DNA of 64,000 nucleotides from Treponemataceae bacterium (GTDB lineage Bacteria; Spirochaetota; Spirochaetia; Treponematales; Rectinemataceae). The translations under genes and the position numbers were made by a program. The notes beneath the pieces are model-generated. The model was given only the letters and a program-made list of their open reading frames with translations. It was not told the origin of the DNA and did not search any database. Below, piece after piece: positions 17,978 through 28,338 of the stretch. The stretch is from positions 128,001 to 192,000 of the forward strand of contig CAXXHO010000003.1 of NCBI GenBank assembly GCA_963667725.2, written 5' to 3'. The stretch's first letter is position 1, and the number at the start of each line of letters is the position of its first letter.

Positions 17978-19084
17978 TCAGAAAGGAAGGTCGATCTTCA
18001 GGTTGCAGCGTTCTTTCACGGCCTTGAAAGAGGCCTTGAGCGAAGCGTTGAAGGGAACTCCCTTGTCCTTGCGGAAAAGGGAAATCTCATATTCCTTTTC
18101 GCCCGGCGTCCAGATGCGCGTGGCGCCCGGAGCCTTCTTGGAGGCGCGAATCTGGCGGCAGATTTCTCCCACCTGATGCTTGAAGGCATCGAGATCGCAG
18201 AAGGCGTCGATCCTGATAGCGAGGAAGGAGTGGCCAAGTTCGATGGAAGAGGGCTTGCCGTCTTTTCCCACGCCCGTCAGCGCCTTCAGGAAATTCGCTT
18301 GCGAGAGGGCGGAAGACAGGAGCTCGACGACCATGGAGTTGCCGTAACCCTTGTAACCGCCCAGGTCTTCCCCAAGCCCGCCCACTGGCGTGAGGGCTGC
18401 CTTGTCCTTCGTGAGATCGATCAGGACCTGGTGAGTGTCGTGCCTGTAATGGCCGTCCTCGCCGATGACCCAGCCGTCGGGAAGGTCCTTGCCGATGCGG
18501 TCGTAGAGTTCGATCTTGCCTCGCTGGGTTACGGAGGTGGCATAGTCGGGCATGAAGGGGAAAGGTTCGTCCGAGGGCATGCCCCAGGTCATGGGGTTCG
18601 TGCCGATCATGGGCTCGACGCCCCAGGTCGGCGCTATGGAGGGCCTGGCCGATGTCGTGGTCATGCCGATCATGCCTTTCTGGACGGCCATGTTGGGATA
18701 ATAGAAAGCGGCGCCGTAGTGCGTGGAATTGCGGACGACGGTCATTCCGAGGCCGTTCTTCTCGGCCTTCTCAATGGCCATTTCCATGGCGCGCTTGGCG
18801 ATGTAATGCCCCATGCCATTGTGTCCATCGATGACCGCGGTGGTCGGTGTCTCCCTGACTACTTCGAAATTGGTCTTGGGAAGCTGCGTGCCGGCCCAGA
18901 TCCTGTCCAGATATATCGGTTTGAAACGTCCAACGCCATGCGAATCGACGCCGCGCTTATCGGCGGCCACGAGAACGTTGGCGCAGACCGTCGCTTCCTC
19001 GGGGGGAACGCCGACTGCCTCGAAACCGGCTCGCATGAACGCTTCGACTTCGTCGAATTTCCACCAGGTGATGCTCTCATCCAT
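17978..19084 (-). CDS. Ldh_2 family (malate/L-lactate/sulfolactate-type) dehydrogenase
   Basis: ADKRGVDSHG, DGHNGMG, RNSTHYGAA, GTNP, DYATS, GYKGYG, PGEKE. Confidence 0.9.
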   Translation of the reverse strand: MDESITWWKFDEVEAFMRAGFEAVGVPPEEATVCANVLVAADKRGVDSHGVGRFKPIYLDRIWAGTQLPKTNFEVVRETPTTAVIDGHNGMGHYIAKRAMEMAIEKAEKNGLGMTVVRNSTHYGAAFYYPNMAVQKGMIGMTTTSARPSIAPTWGVEPMIGTNPMTWGMPSDEPFPFMPDYATSVTQRGKIELYDRIGKDLPDGWVIGEDGHYRHDTHQVLIDLTKDKAALTPVGGLGEDLGGYKGYGNSMVVELLSSALSQANFLKALTGVGKDGKPSSIELGHSFLAIRIDAFCDLDAFKHQVGEICRQIRASKKAPGATRIWTPGEKEYEISLFRKDKGVPFNASLKASFKAVKERCNLKIDLPF

Positions 19085-19247
19085 ATAATACTCCTTAGGT
19101 TGCAGGGCGTCCTAATCCATGAACGTCCCGTATGGGAAACATGCAGAGGTAGTATAGACCTTTTTTGCACCATGGCAAAGGGGAAATATGGAAGAGTTCT
19201 GCGGGGCGGCGATAGGCAGCCCCGCATGATCGACCGGTGAAAGAGCT

Positions 19248-19607
19248 CTAGAGGGCCACGCCCAGGACATCCTTGATGGCAGTCTGGAAAGTGCCTTTGG
19301 GCAGGGCGCCGGCGGCCATCTGGGGAGGAGCGCCCACGGGGATGAAGAGGATGGAGGGTATGCTCTGGATTCCGAAAGCCGCGGAGATTTCGGGTTCGGC
19401 GTCGGTATTGACCTTATAGATTTTCAGCTTGCCTTCGTATTCCTTGGAGAGGGACTCCATGATGGGGGCGACCATCTTGCACGGACCGCACCAGTCGGCA
19501 TAGAAGTCGATGATGGCGGGGCTTTCACCCTTGTAGTCCCATTCTTTTTTCGTTTCGAAATCGAATATTTTTTCTATGAAGCTGTCCTTGGTCAACTGTT
19601 CTGTCAT
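19248..19607 (-). CDS. trxA: Thioredoxin
   Basis: DFYADWCGPCK, SIP. Confidence 0.95.
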   Translation of the reverse strand: MTEQLTKDSFIEKIFDFETKKEWDYKGESPAIIDFYADWCGPCKMVAPIMESLSKEYEGKLKIYKVNTDAEPEISAAFGIQSIPSILFIPVGAPPQMAAGALPKGTFQTAIKDVLGVAL

Positions 19608-19758
19608 TGAAATCTCCTTATATTAGAAAATACTAATATAACAATGTTTTGACAAGGGGGAAGCCCGCAGCCCTTGCCTTCCGGATAAAATTTCTCAGCC
19701 ATAGTCCGGAAAGTAAAGTATAATGTTTCCTAGGAATTCGTCGAGAGAGGAGTTTTCA

Positions 19759-21762
19759 ATGGACTGTAAGGACTCGATCAAGATAAGCCTGGATATGGAT
19801 GAGCTGCCGCCGGCTCCGGTTTTCGAGAAAGGTATCAGGCGCGCTCCCCGAAGGGAAACCAACCTGAGTCCAGCCCAGAAAAAGCTTGCGCTGCGCAACG
19901 CGCTCCGCTACATCCCTCCACGATGGCATGAAACGCTGGCTCCCGAATTCCTGGCCGAACTCAAGGAACAGGGCAGAATTTACGGGTATCGCTTCAGGCC
20001 GGCTGGGCCCCTGCGCGGGCTGCCTATCGAAGAATATCCAGGCCGCTGCGTCGAGGGGAAGGCTTTCCGGGTGATGATAGACAATAACCTCGACTTCAAT
20101 GTGGCCCTGTACCCCTATGAGCTCGTCACCTATGGCGAAACCGGCCAAGTCTGCCAAAACTGGATGCAATACAGGCTCATCTGTAAATATCTGGAAATTC
20201 TGGACGAGAACGGAACCCTCGTCCTCGAGTCTGGCCATCCCTTGGGCATTTTTGCCAGCCACCCCATGGCGCCGCGCGTCATCATCACGAACGGTCTCAT
20301 GGTCGGAATGTTCGACAATCAGAAAGATTTCAACCTGGCGGCGGCCCTGGGCGTCGCGAACTACGGGCAGATGACAGCCGGCGGATGGATGTATATCGGA
20401 CCCCAGGGCATCGTGCATGGCACTTTCAACACTTTGATGAACGCTGGCCGCCTCAAGCTCGGGATTCCCCACGGCAAGGACCTGGCGGGGAAGCTCTTCG
20501 TATCCTCGGGCCTGGGCGGCATGTCGGGCGCCCAGGGCAAGGCCGCCGTGATAGCGGGCGCCGCTTCCATCATCGCGGAAGTGGACATGTCTCGGGTGGA
20601 AACGAGATATTCCCAGGGCTGGGTTTCCTGCGTCACGGATTCGATGGAAGAGGCCTTCGGGCTGGCTAGGGTGGCCATGACGGAAAAACGCCCCATAGCC
20701 GTCGCCTATCACGGCAATGTCGTCGACCTCCTTGAGTTCGCGGCGGAAAAGAAGATTCATATCGACCTTCTCTCCGACCAGACCAGCTGCCACGTGCCCT
20801 ATGACGGCGGCTATTGTCCCGTGGGCATAAGCTTCGCCGAAAGGACCCGCCTCCTGACGGAGGACAGGGCGGCCTTCAGGATTCTCGTGAACGCCTCCCT
20901 CAAACGCCACTTCGAAGTCATCAAGCGGCTCGTCGCCTCGGGCACCTACTTCTTCGACTACGGGAACGCCTTCCTGAAATCCGTGTTCGACGCGGGTATA
21001 GGCGAGATCTCGAAAAACGGCCTGGACGAGAAGGACGGCTTCATTTTTCCGAGCTATGTCGAGGATATTCTCGGTCCCGAACTTTTCGACTACGGCTACG
21101 GACCCTTCAGGTGGGTCTGCCTTTCCGGCAAACCCGAAGACCTGCGCAGGACCGACAAGGCCGCCATGGACTGCATCGACCCGGACAGACGCAGCCAGGA
21201 CATGGACAATTGGCTCTGGATCAGGGATGCCGAGAAAAATGCGCTCGTGGTGGGAACGCAAGCCCGCATCCTCTACCAGGACGCCCTCGGCAGGATGAAG
21301 ATCGCGCTGAGATTCAACGAACTGGTCAGAAAGGGCGAAATCGGACCCGTCATGCTGGGCAGGGATCACCACGATACGGGCGGCACCGACAGCCCGTTCC
21401 GGGAAACGAGCAATATCAAGGATGGCTCGAACATGATGGCCGATATGGCGACGCAGTGTTTCGCCGGAAACGCGGCGCGCGGCATGAGCCTCGTGGCGCT
21501 GCACAACGGCGGCGGCGTGGGCGTCGGCAAGGCCATAAACGGAGGCTTCGGCCTCGTCCTGGACGGCTCGGAACGCGTCGACGCCGTCATAAGGATGGCC
21601 ATGCCCTGGGATGTCATGGGCGGCGTCGCGCGCCGCGCGTGGGCATGCAATCCGCACGCGCTGGAAGTCTGCGCCGAATACAACAGCGAGCACGCGGATC
21701 TGGGCATCATAACGCTTCCCTACGAAGTGGATCCTTCAATCCTGGAAAAGGCCCTGCGTTGA
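19759..21762 (+). CDS. hutU: Urocanate hydratase (long form)
   Basis: GQMTAGGWMYIGPQGIVHGT, GLGGMSGAQ, SDQTSCH, GRDHHD, SPFRET, HNGGGVG; GAGGAG RBS before 19759. Confidence 0.95.
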   Translation: MDCKDSIKISLDMDELPPAPVFEKGIRRAPRRETNLSPAQKKLALRNALRYIPPRWHETLAPEFLAELKEQGRIYGYRFRPAGPLRGLPIEEYPGRCVEGKAFRVMIDNNLDFNVALYPYELVTYGETGQVCQNWMQYRLICKYLEILDENGTLVLESGHPLGIFASHPMAPRVIITNGLMVGMFDNQKDFNLAAALGVANYGQMTAGGWMYIGPQGIVHGTFNTLMNAGRLKLGIPHGKDLAGKLFVSSGLGGMSGAQGKAAVIAGAASIIAEVDMSRVETRYSQGWVSCVTDSMEEAFGLARVAMTEKRPIAVAYHGNVVDLLEFAAEKKIHIDLLSDQTSCHVPYDGGYCPVGISFAERTRLLTEDRAAFRILVNASLKRHFEVIKRLVASGTYFFDYGNAFLKSVFDAGIGEISKNGLDEKDGFIFPSYVEDILGPELFDYGYGPFRWVCLSGKPEDLRRTDKAAMDCIDPDRRSQDMDNWLWIRDAEKNALVVGTQARILYQDALGRMKIALRFNELVRKGEIGPVMLGRDHHDTGGTDSPFRETSNIKDGSNMMADMATQCFAGNAARGMSLVALHNGGGVGVGKAINGGFGLVLDGSERVDAVIRMAMPWDVMGGVARRAWACNPHALEVCAEYNSEHADLGIITLPYEVDPSILEKALR

Positions 21763-21798
21763 GCGCAAAGCCCCGCGCTCGGCGCAAAGCCCCGCGCT
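21763..21798 (+). repeat. Two 17-bp direct repeats
   Basis: GCGCAAAGCCCCGCGCT at 21763 and 21782. Confidence 0.85.
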
Positions 21799-21848
21799 GA
21801 ACGCGTCGGGCGGGGTGGGGCGCTAACGCCCCCCCGCGGCCGGTCGCG

Positions 21849-24107
21849 CTAGAGCCCCGCGGCCAGCCGCGCCAGGTCGCGTCTCAAGGCCTCGACTTCC
21901 TCCCTTGTCTTTTTCACGAAGGAGTTCTCCGTCGGGCGTCCCAGAACGGCCGTCATCTCCGCCTCCGACCGGTAGGTAGCTTTCCTGAAAGGATTGCTCC
22001 AATCTTTTGCCCTGGAATCGAAAACCCCCTCGGCCACGGATGCCGAGAGCGCATCCAAGTCCTTGAAGGCAGCCAGAAGCCCTTCCAATGAAGGACCTGT
22101 TCCGACCTCGCCCTCTTTCTCCCGTGAAGCCTGGGGGTAGAGGTTTCCTAGCAGCGACCAGGCATAGCGCAGCTTGTCTCTGGGGTAGATTTCCGACAAT
22201 GTCTGATATTCGGCATGGAATTCGCGCCAGGTGGGGTATTCCCCCGCGCCTGCCTTCGCGAGAATTTTTTCGAGGCGAAGCTTGGATGCCAGGAGTCCGC
22301 CCAAGTTTTCCCATTCGACGCCAACCCGACAGTTTTCGTCAGGCTTGAGCGCTATTTCGACGTCGTTCCAGCTTGAGGTCTGGGGATTTTCCGTCATGAA
22401 ATGGACAATTTCCCGTCCCGCGAACCAGAGGAGCATCTCCCTGTACGCATGCCAGGCCTGCGCCGGTTTCCTTATGATGCATTCCCTCGCCGAATGCTCG
22501 ACACGATCCGCCACGACATCGAAGGGAAGCGCTCCATCGCTTTCGCTCAGGATCGCCCGCCCGAGCTTTCTCGGCGATTCCGGCGAGGCGGTTTCCGGAT
22601 CGTCTTTGCGGTACTTGACGAAAGCCCTGCCCGTCATCTCTTCGAGAAGGGCGATGGCCGACAGGATTTCCTCGGCCGTATCCGGAGCGAAGGGCGAATA
22701 TTCCAGGCGAAGACGCTTGTCGCTCCTGGCGTCGCGCGAGTGGAATTTCCCCTCGTTGCGCATCAGCGCATACTTGTTGCTGATCCACCAGAAAGCGGGC
22801 AGGAGAACGAGGCGGTCTCGCTTGTAGTCGTTGTCGACGAGGCAGAAGGGAAAGGGAATGTCGAGCTCGAAACGATAGTCGCCCTTGGCCAGGAGACAAA
22901 ACGACGCGAATCGCGACGAGTGTTTCACCGAGGTGCATAGCCCCGGCCAGAAACCGCGTCCCGCCTCGATCTCCCCGTCCGGAGCCCTGGAGTTGTGGTT
23001 GGAACCTATCGTGGCTCCCGCCGCCATGTTGGATTGGCCCTTGACGAGACTGGCGATGAGGAAGCTCGTGTTGTGATGCTGTTCGTGGGCCGGAAAAATG
23101 AGATTATTGAGGATTTCGCAGCAGGAAACGGTGGAATTTTCGCCCAGGACAGAATGGATGAGCCTCGCCCCATATTTCAGCGATGACGCGTCGCAGAGCA
23201 CGAAACGCACGGCCTTGCAGCCGTAGAAAACCTTGCAGCCGTAGCCGATGATGCCGTTGACGAGTTCCACGCCTTCGCCTATCTGCGTTCTCGCGTCTTC
23301 CTTCGACTTGATGGTCAGGTTCTTGAGCTTGTTGGCGCCCTTGACGTACGCGCTTTCCCCTATCGCCACGTCCTTGATCACGCCGTTCGATTTCAGCACC
23401 GAACAATTCCCGATGGTGCCATAACGCCCTCTGCGGGCATCGAACATGACATCGGTCATCCTTCCGAATTCCTTCATGAGCTCGCCCCGGTCGCGATTAC
23501 GGGCCCAGAGGTAGGCATCGGCGCACGTCATGTCGACGAAGGGGTACACCCATCGCCCGCCGCCCTCGTTCATGACATCGATCGTGATGCGGACTTCCTC
23601 GCCTTCGCCTTCCACCACATTGCCGTTGCCGAATTTCGAATGATTCGATACGTGGACCTCGGCGTTGTCGATCAGGATGCAGTTGTCCCCGATGATATAA
23701 TGAGCGATATAGGCGCAATTGCTTATCACGCAGTTATTTCCTATATCGCAGGCGATTATCTGGGAATTGGAGATTCCGGCGAAGAGATGAAGATCGTGAT
23801 GTTCCAGGGTGATTTCCTCGAGACAGCCTATTCTCACCAGGCCCGCGAACGAGGTGTTATAGATAAGCTCGGGAGTGAAGGGATCGGCGACGAAGATCTG
23901 CGACCAATCGCTGCAGGTATTGTTCTGCCTGATAAGCGTCTCGAGTTCGAAAGGCTTCAGCTTCCTGTAATCGGCGGGGTTCTTGCCGGCCGCGAGGAAC
24001 TGCTCGTTCCTTATCCTGTATTCGTCTTCCTCGGGGCCGAGATATTGAGCCGGGATGAAACCCGTACCGACATTGAGGTCAAAGCTGACTTTGATATCGT
24101 TATTCAT
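21849..24107 (-). CDS. DUF4954 family protein (beta-helix-like region)
   Basis: KGANKLKNLTI, IGEGVELVNG, HEQHHNTSFL, GSNHNSR.PDGEI.AGRGFWPGL; start refined to 24107. Confidence 0.75.
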   Translation of the reverse strand: MNNDIKVSFDLNVGTGFIPAQYLGPEEDEYRIRNEQFLAAGKNPADYRKLKPFELETLIRQNNTCSDWSQIFVADPFTPELIYNTSFAGLVRIGCLEEITLEHHDLHLFAGISNSQIIACDIGNNCVISNCAYIAHYIIGDNCILIDNAEVHVSNHSKFGNGNVVEGEGEEVRITIDVMNEGGGRWVYPFVDMTCADAYLWARNRDRGELMKEFGRMTDVMFDARRGRYGTIGNCSVLKSNGVIKDVAIGESAYVKGANKLKNLTIKSKEDARTQIGEGVELVNGIIGYGCKVFYGCKAVRFVLCDASSLKYGARLIHSVLGENSTVSCCEILNNLIFPAHEQHHNTSFLIASLVKGQSNMAAGATIGSNHNSRAPDGEIEAGRGFWPGLCTSVKHSSRFASFCLLAKGDYRFELDIPFPFCLVDNDYKRDRLVLLPAFWWISNKYALMRNEGKFHSRDARSDKRLRLEYSPFAPDTAEEILSAIALLEEMTGRAFVKYRKDDPETASPESPRKLGRAILSESDGALPFDVVADRVEHSARECIIRKPAQAWHAYREMLLWFAGREIVHFMTENPQTSSWNDVEIALKPDENCRVGVEWENLGGLLASKLRLEKILAKAGAGEYPTWREFHAEYQTLSEIYPRDKLRYAWSLLGNLYPQASREKEGEVGTGPSLEGLLAAFKDLDALSASVAEGVFDSRAKDWSNPFRKATYRSEAEMTAVLGRPTENSFVKKTREEVEALRRDLARLAAGL

Positions 24108-24261
24108 GGAAAAAATTATCAGGCATTTTCCGGAAGCGCGCAAGGCTCGATGCGGGGAGACTGCGCGATACTCCTATGCTTAGGGTCGACATTTTTCTCG
24201 TAAAGAAAAGACGGTTTTTAACCCCTTGACCAAAAGGGGCGCTTTTCGACATCGTACAGCT

Positions 24262-24846
24262 ATGGATCATGCTGAAACTTCAATGTTGGATACCTATCTC
24301 ACGGATTCTGAGAAAAGGACACTGGAGTTGTTTCATGCCCTCGTCACCGAAAAGAGCTCTATGCGTGAATCCTATGCGATCCGGCTGGCTGACGTCCTCG
24401 GCAATCCCGGGGAATTCTCCTTCTATATCCACTGTACGGAAGACCAGCAGCTGATTCGGACCTTCCACCTCCTCCGTGTTTTCCGCGAAAACGTGGAACT
24501 CCTCGTCCACAAGACTTGGGTCAACGAAGCCGACGAAAAACCCAAGCAGATTCTCTTTGAAGATCTCAAGGTCTTTATAGAGGACTACAGGACGGAGAGA
24601 ATGGGGTCGGCCTTCAGACGGTTCGTGAGCATCGCCCGCGCCATTCCTTCCCTGCTCTTCGGATCTGCGGGAAGAGCTCCCGATTTCCTCGAATACGCGT
24701 TCCGCATAGATCCCAAGTTCGGCCTTTTCTTCTGGTATGTCGGCGAGCTGGAAAAACAGATGCGCTCCAATGTTGAAATCGTCGATAAGGACGATCTCTA
24801 CAGGATCGAGACGCTCCTGGGCGCTTACATCCTTTCCTGTTTCTGA
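24262..24846 (+). CDS. Hypothetical protein
   Basis: Clean ORF of about 195 aa filling the gap; motif FLEYAFRIDPKFGLFFWY; no function recognised. Confidence 0.7.
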   Translation: MDHAETSMLDTYLTDSEKRTLELFHALVTEKSSMRESYAIRLADVLGNPGEFSFYIHCTEDQQLIRTFHLLRVFRENVELLVHKTWVNEADEKPKQILFEDLKVFIEDYRTERMGSAFRRFVSIARAIPSLLFGSAGRAPDFLEYAFRIDPKFGLFFWYVGELEKQMRSNVEIVDKDDLYRIETLLGAYILSCF

Positions 24847-25006
24847 GTCTCCTGCCGCCGTCCTTCTTCATCGCGCGATGGAGATGATTGCCTCCCCCCA
24901 TTCGCTGTCTCCCCGCATTAATTGATTTTAACGTTATTCGCTTGACATAATGTCCGGCCGGTGGCGTAAATGATGTCTGCATAGAGTAACGATCTTCGGG
25001 GATTCC

Positions 25007-26140
25007 ATGAAAAAACGCGATTTTTATAAAAAGACCTTGAACGCATTCCTTTTACTGGCGCTACTATTTTTATTGCCCGCGAAACTTTGCGCGCAGTTGA
25101 GGCTGTTCGGCGGAGGACTGGCCTTCAACCTCATCGACGCCGATTCGCTCTATCCCGAGTATCTCGCCGATCCCTACGCCCTCACGTCAGGCTTCAAGTA
25201 TTTCCAGGTAACCGATTACTCCGGCGTTCCCCAAACCATCCTCGCTTCCAACGGAACCGAATATGTGGAGATCCCCTTCGCTCACTACAGCGAGAGTGAA
25301 TTCTCGAGCCGCAACAGCTTCTACCAGATTAAGGGCTTCATCAATCTCAGCTTCGCGAGACTGGAGCTCTGGGACTTTCTCAAGGCGGAAGTGACGACGA
25401 ACGGCGGGATCAACACCGTCTTCCAGGCTTTCGGCGGAACGGACACACTCGGGTTCGACGGAATATGGCGGCTCGCCGGAACCCTGCGCCTCTTCGACGC
25501 GATTTCGCTCCGCTACGGCTGGCACCATTTCTCCGGCCATTGGGGGGACGAGACGATCGCTGACCTGCCCCAGCCAGGAGACGCCGATTACATTCCCTAT
25601 ACGCATTTGGAAGAATATACGCGAGCCAGCTCCCACGTATTCGGGGTGTCGGCCAACCCCGAGCCCTGGGCGCGTCTCTACTTCGAGGCCGAACTGCCGA
25701 TGCTCGAATCCTGGATTCGCCCGGGCATCCATATTCCCGCCGGATTCCTCTCACCGACCGGTGACGACCTGGCCTATCACATCCTCAATCAGGAAGGGCT
25801 TGTCGAGGAAGTGGGAAGTCTGCCCGCTTCATACAAGGCATGGAGGCTGCAGGCGGGAGCGGAACTGCGATGTCTTCTTGGCGATTGGGGCTCGCTTTTC
25901 CTCGCCGGCGATTTCCAGCTCCACCAGGATGGCCAGACCCTTCACCAGGTCGGAGGCTATGACCCCGAAAATCCCTGGGAATTCGAATATACCGTCGGGG
26001 GAGGGCTGGAGTATGAAAAAGGCTTCATGGGCCGGAAAATCCGGGTGGAAGCCTTTTATCATGCGGGGCGTTTTCCCCTCACCAACTATTTCTTCCTGAG
26101 GAGCGACTATATCTCGGTAGGTCTGGCGATCAACAACTGA
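25007..26140 (+). CDS. Exported probable outer-membrane beta-barrel (DUF1207-like)
   Basis: Signal peptide, YPEYLADP, HHFSGHWGDE (compare DUF1207 H.SSHLGDE) and amphipathic beta-strands. Confidence 0.6.
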   Translation: MKKRDFYKKTLNAFLLLALLFLLPAKLCAQLRLFGGGLAFNLIDADSLYPEYLADPYALTSGFKYFQVTDYSGVPQTILASNGTEYVEIPFAHYSESEFSSRNSFYQIKGFINLSFARLELWDFLKAEVTTNGGINTVFQAFGGTDTLGFDGIWRLAGTLRLFDAISLRYGWHHFSGHWGDETIADLPQPGDADYIPYTHLEEYTRASSHVFGVSANPEPWARLYFEAELPMLESWIRPGIHIPAGFLSPTGDDLAYHILNQEGLVEEVGSLPASYKAWRLQAGAELRCLLGDWGSLFLAGDFQLHQDGQTLHQVGGYDPENPWEFEYTVGGGLEYEKGFMGRKIRVEAFYHAGRFPLTNYFFLRSDYISVGLAINN

Positions 26141-26159
26141 TTTTTGCGGCGCCTGGCGA

Positions 26160-28187
26160 TTACCTGTTGGACTTAGGCTGGAAGTGGCTGAATTCCATCG
26201 AGAAGGAAGCCCTGCCCTGACTCACCGAACGCAGGGAAGTCGTGAAGCCGAACATGGTGGAGAGCGGGGCTTCCACATGCACGACTTCTATCAGCGCCTT
26301 CGAATCCGAACCGTGGATCAGGCCGCCTCGCTGGGATACGAGGCTCATCACCTCTCCCACGAAATCCTTCGGCGTGGAAATATCCACTTTCATGATGGGC
26401 TCGAGGAGGACGGGGCTCGCGGTACGGCATGCCGAATCGTAGGCCATGTTGGCGCAGGCCTCGAAAGCGAACACGCTGGACGTGAGTTCGTCGTAGTGGA
26501 TGTCCACGAGGTTTATGCCGATGTCGACGGCCGGGTAACCGAACTGGATGCCCGAAGCGAAGGCCGACGTGATGCCGCGTTCGATAGCGTCGAATATTTC
26601 CTCGGGCACCTGCGGCGCGCGTACTGCTTTTTTGTAGACATTGCCGGTGCCGCGGGGGAGGGGAATCGCCTCGATCGTGAGCTTGGCGGTATTTTCCTTC
26701 CCGGCGAGAACTCGGTTGAATTCCTCGGTATGCCGCACTTCCTTCGTGATGGATTCGCGGTAGGTCACCTGTGGATTTCCCACCCGCGCCTGAACCTTGA
26801 AATCGCGAAGCATGCGCGTCACGAGAACATCGATGTGAAGTTCGCCCATGCCCGAGATGACGAGCTGCCCTGTCTCTTCGTTGTCCCTCGTGGTAAAGGT
26901 GGGGTCTTCGCGCGACAGGATGTCGAGGGTTTCCTTCAGTTTCTCCCTGTCCGAGAGGGTCTTGGGCTCGATGGACACCGATATGACCGGTTCGGGGAAA
27001 TGCATGCGCTCCAGCAGCACAGGCCAGCCCTCGGTGCCTATCGTATCCCCGGTCTGGGCCGTCTTGAGCCCCACGATGACCGCGATGTCGCCCGCGCCGG
27101 CTGTCTCCAAAGGTTCGCTCTTGTTGGCGTGCATCCTGAGGAGGCGGGTGATGCGTTCCCGCTTTTTCTTTGAGACATTGTAGACGACGCTGGCGTTATG
27201 GATGCTTCCGGAATACATGCGCACATAGCAGAGCGGGCCCGCTTCCCTGTCCCATTGCACCTTGAACACGAGGCCGAGGGGATAGCCCGACAGCTTGCAG
27301 GGCACCTCTATCTCTTCTTCTTTCTTCACGTGGATGGCCTTGACGGGCTCCACTTCATCGGGCGCGGGAAGAAAATCGACAACGGCGTCGAGAAGAGGCT
27401 GTACGCCGATATCCCGCCGCGAAGCTCCGCAGAGCACGGGCACGAGGATTCTGGCGATGCATGCCTTTCGCAATTCGGACCTTATGAGTTCGGCGGGGAT
27501 GTCCTCGCCGTTGAGGTACAGTTCGGTGATCGCGTCGGAATGCGAGGAGAGAGCGTCGAGGAGAGCGTCCCTGCGCGCCAAGGCGTCGGCCTTCCTTCCG
27601 TCGGCGATTGGGGTCGCCGTCATTTCGTTGCCGTCGCCGCTCCAGCGGATTTCCCGCATGGCGATGAGGTCGATGACGCCTTCGAAACTGCCCGAAGCGC
27701 CGATAGGGACGTTGACGGCGACGGGCGAGGCGCCTAGCTTCGCTTTCATATCCGCGACGACGGCGTCGAAGTCGGCGCCGAGTCTGTCCATTTTGTTGAC
27801 GTAGGCGATGCGGGGGACTTTATACTTGTCGGCTTGATGCCATACGGTTTCAGACTGGGGTTCGACGCCGCCTACCGCGCAGAAGACAGCCACTGCTCCG
27901 TCCAGCACGCGGAGTGAGCGTTCCACTTCGGCCGTGAAATCCACGTGTCCCGGCGTATCGATGATATTGATCTGATGCTCCCGCCAGAAGGTGGTCGTGG
28001 CGGCGCTCTGTATCGTTATGCCGCGTTCCTGTTCCTGATCCATCCAGTCCATCGTGGCTTCGCCGTCGTCCACCTCGCCAATCTTATAGGTCTTTCCTGA
28101 ATAGTAGAGTATGCGTTCCGTCGTCGTGGTTTTGCCGGCATCAATATGAGCCATGATCCCTATATTTCGTATTGTTCGAAGTTCCAT
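26160..28187 (-). CDS. fusA: Elongation factor G paralogue (EF-G2 type)
   Basis: [47 protein letters not shown]; outside the str operon; domain IV loops diverged. Confidence 0.92.
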   Translation of the reverse strand: MELRTIRNIGIMAHIDAGKTTTTERILYYSGKTYKIGEVDDGEATMDWMDQEQERGITIQSAATTTFWREHQINIIDTPGHVDFTAEVERSLRVLDGAVAVFCAVGGVEPQSETVWHQADKYKVPRIAYVNKMDRLGADFDAVVADMKAKLGASPVAVNVPIGASGSFEGVIDLIAMREIRWSGDGNEMTATPIADGRKADALARRDALLDALSSHSDAITELYLNGEDIPAELIRSELRKACIARILVPVLCGASRRDIGVQPLLDAVVDFLPAPDEVEPVKAIHVKKEEEIEVPCKLSGYPLGLVFKVQWDREAGPLCYVRMYSGSIHNASVVYNVSKKKRERITRLLRMHANKSEPLETAGAGDIAVIVGLKTAQTGDTIGTEGWPVLLERMHFPEPVISVSIEPKTLSDREKLKETLDILSREDPTFTTRDNEETGQLVISGMGELHIDVLVTRMLRDFKVQARVGNPQVTYRESITKEVRHTEEFNRVLAGKENTAKLTIEAIPLPRGTGNVYKKAVRAPQVPEEIFDAIERGITSAFASGIQFGYPAVDIGINLVDIHYDELTSSVFAFEACANMAYDSACRTASPVLLEPIMKVDISTPKDFVGEVMSLVSQRGGLIHGSDSKALIEVVHVEAPLSTMFGFTTSLRSVSQGRASFSMEFSHFQPKSNR

Positions 28188-28338
28188 CGAATGCTCCGAG
28201 GCGCAGGATAGTATCAAATGACAATATATACAAAAACGGCAACGGTTTTCAACCCGAGAAGGGGGCTGGCGCGCTATGCAGCTGATATATTCCGCAGCCA
28301 TCTTGAAATAGAAGGTCTTTACATCCTATAACATTATT

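Noticed and set aside
19756..21693. Long antisense ORFs (645 aa here; also 5274-6587, 17873-19240, 52063-53253, 59194-60684)
   Set aside because: Expected shadows in GC-rich DNA opposite well-supported genes; no motifs recognised.
21763..21798. Short direct repeats here and at 17825 as a CRISPR remnant
   Set aside because: Too short, no spacers and no cas genes.
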